Assembly (NCBI GenBank): GCA_018714645.1
Contig: DVND01000019.1
Span: forward strand, 1-51,030
DNA length: 51,030 nt
Source: Candidatus Avimonoglobus intestinipullorum
Lineage (GTDB): Bacteria > Bacillota > Clostridia > UBA1381
Direction of reading: 5' to 3'
How positions within the stretch are numbered: position 1 is the stretch's first letter; the number at the start of each line of letters is the position of its first letter. A program made the position numbers and the translations under genes. The notes beneath the pieces are model-generated. The model was not told the origin of the DNA and ran no database searches. It saw only the letters and a list, made by a program, of their open reading frames with translations. Positions 30,205 to 35,862 of this stretch are shown here, in pieces.

Positions 30205-30754
30205 AACACACCAGCTCCCCTTCTGTGATAATATAATCCATTTTCACGTCATGCGCCTGGGCATGCACATCAGAGACGATTTGAAAGCTGTACGCCAGCG
30301 CAATTTTCGGCGCCCGCACCTGCTCCAAAAACCGGTCGTAATACCCTTTTCCGAACCCAATCCTGCCGCCGCGCCGATCAAACGCAAGCCCCGGCACCAA
30401 AATCAAGTCCAATGCATCCATATGGGCCGGCGCAATTACCGCCGGCTCCGGGATCCCATAAGCCCCCGGCGCCAATTCCGCGGCAGAAGCGATATAGGAT
30501 GGCCGGATGGTATGGCTCTCCCTGATACTGACAGGCACAACCACCTTTTTCCCCGCTGCAAAAGCGTGTTCCATAATCCCGGTTGTTTCCACCTCACCGA
30601 AGGCGGACAGGTAGACCATCACCGTGCGTGCATGCCGATACTGCGCCGTCCGGAACAGCCTCTCCCCGATCGCAGCGCTTTTACACTGCCGCTCCTGCTC
30701 CGTCAAACCGCGCCGCTTCTGCTTCATGGCGGCGCGGATCGCATCTTTATTCAA
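30197..30754 (-). CDS. 5-formyltetrahydrofolate cyclo-ligase
   Basis: 185 aa. LVPGLAFDRRGGRIGFGKGYYDRFL is the family signature. 8-nt overlap with the downstream CPBP gene. Confidence 0.9.
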   Translation of the reverse strand: MNKDAIRAAMKQKRRGLTEQERQCKSAAIGERLFRTAQYRHARTVMVYLSAFGEVETTGIMEHAFAAGKKVVVPVSIRESHTIRPSYIASAAELAPGAYGIPEPAVIAPAHMDALDLILVPGLAFDRRGGRIGFGKGYYDRFLEQVRAPKIALAYSFQIVSDVHAQAHDVKMDYIITEGELVCCE

Positions 30755-31284
30755 TACTGCATCATTCCTCTGATTTTTTCCGCTGTTTCTCGCCCTTTTA
30801 GCAGTTCGACAATTTTAAACCCAAACGCCGCCGCGGCGCCCGCACCCTTGCCTGTGATAAACGGCGCGTCAAACACAACGGCGTCGGGTTGCACCGCCGC
30901 GCCTGCAAGCGTCTCTTCATAACCCGGGAAACAGGTGGCCGCTTTTCCCTGCAGCAGGCCTTTTTTCCCCAAAATCGACGGTGCGGCGCAAATTGCCGCG
31001 ATGTATATCCCGTTTTCATAGGCATAATCAATCAACGCCTGCACACCCCCGTCCGCGTCCAGGCTTTGATGCCCCGGGCCACCCGGCAGCACCAGCACTT
31101 CCATTTCCTCTTTTTTCACCGCGTCCATGGCAATATCCGCCTCCACCCGGATCCCATGCGCCCCGACGACGCTCCCGGATACAACGCCCACCGTCCGGGC
31201 CTCTACGCCTGCACGCCGCAGGATATCCAGCGGTTCCAGCGCCTCTATTTCTTCAAATCCATCAACCAGCATGATATAGACCAT
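30751..31284 (-). CDS. DJ-1/PfpI-family protein
   Basis: The nucleophile-elbow motif AAICAAP is present. Start placed at the ATG at 31284 (MVYIMLVDGFEE), preceded by GAGGAGGAAG; the ORF-track start at 31305 overlaps the upstream gene. Confidence 0.85.
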   Translation of the reverse strand: MVYIMLVDGFEEIEALEPLDILRRAGVEARTVGVVSGSVVGAHGIRVEADIAMDAVKKEEMEVLVLPGGPGHQSLDADGGVQALIDYAYENGIYIAAICAAPSILGKKGLLQGKAATCFPGYEETLAGAAVQPDAVVFDAPFITGKGAGAAAAFGFKIVELLKGRETAEKIRGMMQY

Positions 31285-31295
31285 CGTCTTCCTCC

Positions 31296-32441
31296 TCAAT
31301 AACACAACATATTGATATAATTCACGCCCTTTTGGAAGAACGCGTCCACCAGTTCCGCCTTCCCGCTGAGCATGTTCATCCGCACAGCCTCCTCCGGGCT
31401 GATATAGCCCAGCGCCAGCTGCGTAAACGTGCCGATATCCGTAACCACATCCGCAGTCCCGTCTACGGCGGAAACCGCTTGCCCGTCCACGGCAAAAGTC
31501 CGGTTATTCCCCTCCATGAGGCGGTCTATAATCTGCAGCCGGAATTGGCCGGCAAACCCCTCCGCCAACAGCTCCAGCATCTTCTGCACATCATTGACCC
31601 GCGCCATAGCAAACGGGCATATGGAAACCGCATTCCGATTGTCGCAAAAATCCAAGTAAGTCAAATCATTTTCGGGCACCTTCATCGTAACGGTACCCAC
31701 CTGCGTATCATGGGCCTTGATATATCCCAACAGGCTCTCATAGGCAGCCCGGTTCGTATAGGCAAATTCATAGACGCCCATCCTACCATCATGGATGATG
31801 TACAGTAAATATCCAACAGCCTGCCCCGCTTCGTCCTGCAGCAAGGCACAGGTGCCGCCAAAATTCGTGAACAAATCATCCAAAATCAGCTTCCAGGCCG
31901 CTTCGTCCCGCACGGTATATGCGTTCAGGCTATGGGCAAATTGCCCGTAAACCGATTGCAGCGCAGCGATGGCGTCCGCATTCTTCCCACACCGCACAAT
32001 GCGCCCCCGGATCTGATACGCCGGGATGTCCGCCGCGGTAATAGTGTACTGTTTATAATTATAGGCTGTCCGCCAGCCGTACCGTTCGTAAAATTTATAA
32101 TTATAGGGGATTAAAAGGCTGACAAGCTCGCCCCGTTCCGCCGCAATCTGTGTAACGTCGCAGGCCAGCTTGCGCTCCAGCTCCTGGCTCCGCCATTCCG
32201 GCAGCGCGCCGATTGCCGTAATATACGCGGCCTGGACGGGCTTATTCCGCACCACAATCTGCTGCGGCAGGAGGTTTGCACTGGCAATCACCGCGTCCCC
32301 TTCGGTGACGACCATCGTATTCTGCGGGCGGTATGCCTGCTCAAAATACCAATCCATAAAACTCCTGCTGTAATTAAACGCCTGTTCCCATACGGTTTTC
32401 ACCGCGTGAAAGTCCTTTTTCTCCGCCTGCCTTGTGTTCAA
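31296..32441 (-). CDS. Eis-like GNAT acetyltransferase with C-terminal SCP2-like domain
   Basis: 381 aa with an N-terminal GNAT fold (ITAIGALPEWRSQELERKL), a central second GNAT-like domain and a C-terminal sterol-carrier-like region. The architecture recalls the Eis family. Confidence 0.65.
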   Translation of the reverse strand: MNTRQAEKKDFHAVKTVWEQAFNYSRSFMDWYFEQAYRPQNTMVVTEGDAVIASANLLPQQIVVRNKPVQAAYITAIGALPEWRSQELERKLACDVTQIAAERGELVSLLIPYNYKFYERYGWRTAYNYKQYTITAADIPAYQIRGRIVRCGKNADAIAALQSVYGQFAHSLNAYTVRDEAAWKLILDDLFTNFGGTCALLQDEAGQAVGYLLYIIHDGRMGVYEFAYTNRAAYESLLGYIKAHDTQVGTVTMKVPENDLTYLDFCDNRNAVSICPFAMARVNDVQKMLELLAEGFAGQFRLQIIDRLMEGNNRTFAVDGQAVSAVDGTADVVTDIGTFTQLALGYISPEEAVRMNMLSGKAELVDAFFQKGVNYINMLCY

Positions 32442-32470
32442 TGTTCAACATCCCTTTCTCTTGTAAAACG

Positions 32471-33331
32471 CTATTCCATCAACCATTTTAATTTCTGCGC
32501 CGACGCCCGCCGCATGATCTGCTCCAGCCCGTCCCGGTCGCCCGCCGCAAGGGCGTCGGCAATCTCCTGCAAGCCCGCCTGCATCTCAGTGATCCGCGCC
32601 GCCAGCTGCTCCCGGTTCTCCAAAAACAGCTCGCTCCACATCGTCTCGTTGATTACCGCCACGCGGGTACAGTCGCGCAGACTGCCCGCACTGAAAAACG
32701 TAGAGCGCTCAATCATCGGATTGTTACACAGCGCCACCGCCACCACGTGCATCAGCTGCGACGTATACGCAACCACCGCGTCATGCTCCTCCGGCGTGGT
32801 CGCCACCACGTGCTTGCAGCCGATATAAGCCGCCAGCTCCCGCACCAGCGCCACGTTTTCCGGCTTGTTCCGCTTCGTCGGCGTAATCAAATAGGACGCG
32901 CCCTCGAACAGCGTATCCGTGGAGCTTTGATACCCGCCGACCTCCCGCCCCGCCATGGGGTGCCCGCCGACGAAATCCGCCCCCGGCGGCAAAATCTCCT
33001 CCATTTCCCGGAGCACATAGCCCTTCACGCCGGACACATCCGTCAGCACCGCACCGGCCTTGATGCGGTCCCGGTTGGCCCGCACAAATTCAATGTTTGC
33101 CTGCGGATACAGGCACAAAAGAATCAAATCCACACGGCCGATCTGTGCGCCGTCGGCATAGGCCTCGTCAACCACGCCGTCTGCAAGCGCCAACCTCCGC
33201 GTCTGGGCGTCCCTGTCCACGCCAAGGATCCGCCCCGCGCGGAAGCCCCGGAGCCGCCGGGCGATGGAGCCGCCAATCAGCCCCAGCCCCACGACCATCA
33301 TATCCATGTTCTTATTTTCCGCGGCGCTCAT
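32471..33331 (-). CDS. tyrA: prephenate dehydrogenase
   Basis: 286 aa with the Rossmann motif VVGLGLIGGSIARRL and the conserved GGHPMAG active-site segment. Confidence 0.9.
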   Translation of the reverse strand: MSAAENKNMDMMVVGLGLIGGSIARRLRGFRAGRILGVDRDAQTRRLALADGVVDEAYADGAQIGRVDLILLCLYPQANIEFVRANRDRIKAGAVLTDVSGVKGYVLREMEEILPPGADFVGGHPMAGREVGGYQSSTDTLFEGASYLITPTKRNKPENVALVRELAAYIGCKHVVATTPEEHDAVVAYTSQLMHVVAVALCNNPMIERSTFFSAGSLRDCTRVAVINETMWSELFLENREQLAARITEMQAGLQEIADALAAGDRDGLEQIMRRASAQKLKWLME

Positions 33332-33431
33332 AAGCTTCCCCTTCCTCCCGCGCCCGCCGGCGCATACTTTTCATTCCTCATTATACCACAGCCGGCAGGA
33401 AATTACAACAAAAATCAGCGGCGCGGGATAC

Positions 33432-33467
33432 AAAAAAAGACGGAGACTTCCGTCTCCGCCTTTTTTT
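33432..33467. terminator. bidirectional intrinsic terminator
   Basis: A7 - CGGAGAC-ttcc-GTCTCCG - T7. Ends the minus-strand three-gene secreted operon and insulates it from tyrA. Confidence 0.8.
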
Positions 33468-33505
33468 AATTCAATCAATTTTCAAAATTAGATTGAAGAA
33501 CAAAC

Positions 33506-33667
33506 TTACCATTCGTATGAAATACCCATATCGCCGCTGTTCCCGGTGATATCGCTGACATCGTTCAAATTTTCCATGTCAACAACAGGTTCTTCGCCGC
33601 TGACTGTGATGATGTCTTCAACTTCGAACTTTTTGATTTCGATTGATGGCTTTTCATATATTTTCAT
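33506..33667 (-). CDS. 53-aa acidic, cysteine-free small peptide of unknown function
   Basis: The ATG at 33667 is preceded by AAAGGTGG at about 8 nt, and lies 19 nt after the stop of the upstream gene. Product: MKIYEKPSIEIKKFEVEDIITVSGEEPVVDMENLNDVSDITGNSGDMGISYEW. There is no signal peptide or TM segment. The ORF-track start at 33739 overlaps the upstream gene and lacks an RBS. Confidence 0.6.
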   Translation of the reverse strand: MKIYEKPSIEIKKFEVEDIITVSGEEPVVDMENLNDVSDITGNSGDMGISYEW

Positions 33668-33686
33668 AACCTTATACCACCTTTCT

Positions 33687-34919
33687 TTACTGTGCCGCCG
33701 GGAATGCCACGGCCGCAGAATCTGTCGCCGCACCAACACCGGTTGTTACGTTAGAAGTGCCTGTATAGTCACCGGCAATATCCGTCAGGATACCGATGAT
33801 GAAGGACAGTTCGCCCTGGATGTCACCGTAGTTGATAACCTTGAACGTCACTTCTTTGCCTTCGCCGTCTGCCGTCGGGCCAGCAACAACAACGTTTGCA
33901 TCCGTGATGGATTCGCCGTTGCCGTTCATGGTAACGTCAAAGTATACGCCGCCCGTACCGTTGTTCGCTGTGATATCGGTTGTCGGCTGCTGCGGCTGCG
34001 GAGCTTCCTTCTTAGGAACAGTTACAGTCGCTGTGCCGGATACACTGTCGTCAGCATCAGAAGTAGCTGTGATTGTGATCGTCTGATCTTCATCTGTAGC
34101 AGCAGGAGCTGTGAATACGCCCTCTTCTGTGATTGTACCAGCAGTTGCGCTCCATGTTACATTCTGATCTGAATACGGATTGTCATCAGAACCGATAACT
34201 TCCGCTGTGAAGGTCTCCTGCGCTTCGCCTGCAACTGTTGCAGTTGCCGGTGTAACGTTTACAGATTTAACTGTGATTGCCGGAGGAGTGGGTTCTGTAT
34301 AAATGTATTCAGCCGTAATGGTGTCAAAATTACCATTTCCATCGCTTCTATACGTGGTGTTGTTGATCAATTGTCCAAGAGAAACACCACTAACTTCATA
34401 TATTTGTGAAGAAGCAATTAAATTGTCAAAACTCTTAACCAGATTATATTTTTGCACATCTTCTAATGTCATATCAGAATCCTGTAAAGTACAATTTAAT
34501 CTAAATAAGGCATCCCCATTTTGAGCAAACTCATATGGATTAGATACACCAAACGCATATGTTACACTCTTTCCATCAACAGTTACCGGTTGGCCTACAA
34601 TAGCCATACCATTAATAGCACTAAACAAAGTGTCTACTTCATCACTTAAAGTAAGATTAACCTGAATAGTGTTAAATCCACTTGCTGTTGCGCCTGAATA
34701 TTCGCCCCAATCGTTATCATACTGTACACCATACTCAGCGTCAGATGATATTGAGAACTCTACAATAGCCCTACCACTCCGAACTTCTGTAACCTGTCCT
34801 GTAATTTTAGGATTAACAGATTCTGCTTCCGGAGTTGCGGCACTAACACTGCTGACAAAAGTCAACATCATGCTGCAGGATATAGCAACTGACAGCAAAG
34901 ATGAAACAATCTTTTTCAT
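33687..34919 (-). CDS. secreted multidomain protein: N-terminal cohesin-like beta module, Big_2 Ig-like domain, C-terminal beta module
   Basis: 410 aa. Signal peptide MKKIVSSLLSVAISCSMMLTFVSSVSA. A clear Big_2-type segment (VKSVNVTPATATVAGEAQETFTAEVIG...VTWSATAGTITEEGVFTA...ITITATSDADDSVSGTATVTV). The N-terminal 175 or so aa are beta-rich, and the cohesin-like call rests on size and pattern only. Confidence 0.7.
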   Translation of the reverse strand: MKKIVSSLLSVAISCSMMLTFVSSVSAATPEAESVNPKITGQVTEVRSGRAIVEFSISSDAEYGVQYDNDWGEYSGATASGFNTIQVNLTLSDEVDTLFSAINGMAIVGQPVTVDGKSVTYAFGVSNPYEFAQNGDALFRLNCTLQDSDMTLEDVQKYNLVKSFDNLIASSQIYEVSGVSLGQLINNTTYRSDGNGNFDTITAEYIYTEPTPPAITVKSVNVTPATATVAGEAQETFTAEVIGSDDNPYSDQNVTWSATAGTITEEGVFTAPAATDEDQTITITATSDADDSVSGTATVTVPKKEAPQPQQPTTDITANNGTGGVYFDVTMNGNGESITDANVVVAGPTADGEGKEVTFKVINYGDIQGELSFIIGILTDIAGDYTGTSNVTTGVGAATDSAAVAFPAAQ

Positions 34920-34940
34920 GCATTTTCCCTCATTTCTAAA

Positions 34941-35561
34941 TTAATTTACAGTCGTTGTTCCCAACGATGATTGTCCCAAGATATGTCCAAACACTGCAGC
35001 AACATCACCGACATCTATACCTTTAATGCCGTCACAATCTGCCGCAATAAGATTGTTGCCTTCTAACGGAATTGTATTCAAAATCTGGCCAAAAATAGCC
35101 GCAACGTCGCCAACGTCAATTCCTGGTATTCCATCACAATCACCTAACTGAATCGTGATTCCTCCGCCTTCACCAACAGCAACCTCACCGACTAATATAC
35201 CATCGGCATCAATGTTTTCCCCACCGATTTTCACAACGTAGGTTTTACCCTCCTGCAAGCCGCCCTTTAAGCCCATGCCCGCAAACGTCGTCGTATTCGT
35301 TGCGTCATCCTGGTTAATGTACAGGATATCGTCAGCCGTCAACTCAGCCGGATTTGCCACAGCTTTGTCATAAATCAAGATTGTGGTCTGGCCGGACAAA
35401 CTTTCAAAAACTGTACCGGCAACAGTAACTGTTCCCGCAGCCTGGTCATATGTAAGGCTGCCATCCGGGAAAGCCGCTGCAAACGCTGAGGTCGCCAATG
35501 CCAGCGACACAGCGGCGGTTGCCGTGCACGCCAACACAAAGTTTCTCAAAGATTTTTTCAT
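34941..35561 (-). CDS. secreted protein with C-terminal duplicated dockerin-like segments
   Basis: Start at the ATG at 35561 (MKKSLRNFVLACTATAAVSLALATSAFA signal peptide), preceded by GAAAGGAGAA. The C-terminus carries two 22-residue segments, GDCDGIPGIDVGDVAAIFGQIL and ADCDGIKGIDVGDVAAVFGHIL, separated by 12 residues. Confidence 0.7.
   Translation of the reverse strand: MKKSLRNFVLACTATAAVSLALATSAFAAAFPDGSLTYDQAAGTVTVAGTVFESLSGQTTILIYDKAVANPAELTADDILYINQDDATNTTTFAGMGLKGGLQEGKTYVVKIGGENIDADGILVGEVAVGEGGGITIQLGDCDGIPGIDVGDVAAIFGQILNTIPLEGNNLIAADCDGIKGIDVGDVAAVFGHILGQSSLGTTTVN
34977..35144 (-). repeat. tandem duplicated 66-nt coding segments (dockerin-like 22-residue repeats)
   Basis: Segment 1 is 35079-35144 and segment 2 is 34977-35042, offset 102 nt. 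18 of 22 residues are identical, with many synonymous differences at the DNA level, indicating an old duplication. Confidence 0.75.
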
Positions 35562-35617
35562 GTTTGTTCTCCTTTCTAATTTTTGTTCTATGCCACGCCG
35601 CAAGCCGCCTCTCATCC

Positions 35618-35651
35618 GCCGCCCCGGAACTTACCCCACATCCGGCGCGGC
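35618..35651 (-). other. strong GC-rich hairpin in the 5-prime leader of the secreted operon
   Basis: On the minus strand, GCCGCGCCGGA (35641-35651) pairs with UCCGGGGCGGC (35618-35628): 11 positions with one G-G mismatch and a 12-nt loop UGUGGGGUAAGU. No U-run follows, so it is not a classical terminator. Confidence 0.5.
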
Positions 35652-35690
35652 CCCCCGGCCCCGCACAACATATTACATTCACATACCTAC

Positions 35691-35719
35691 ATTATAAACC
35701 CCTCTGCCATGAATTTCAA
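35691..35719 (-). promoter_or_regulatory. candidate sigma-A promoter of the dockerin-like/cohesin-like/peptide operon
   Basis: On the minus strand, TTGAAA (35714-35719), a 17-nt spacer and TATAAT (35691-35696). Confidence 0.55.
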
Positions 35720-35862
35720 TCGGTTTTTGTAAATTTTCTATAAATTTGTTAACAACGTTGCATGGGTTTTTGCATTTTTGTGCAACATTGACAACCCTTT
35801 TTCCAGAATGATGCAAGGCTTTGCAAAAAGCGCCAAAATACCGCTTTTGTGCGCCCCGGCGG

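Noticed and set aside
35771-35785. The shared motif GCATTTTTG(T)GCAA at 35772-35785 and 38420-38432, at both ends of the 827-aa gene, as a possible common operator. The 35.75-35.83 kb region also has several TTGCA/TGCAA repeats.
   Set aside because: The exact shared core is only 9 nt, followed by a 1-nt indel. One chance recurrence of a 9-mer in about 100 kb of two-strand sequence is not surprising, and both copies are AT-rich promoter-like DNA.
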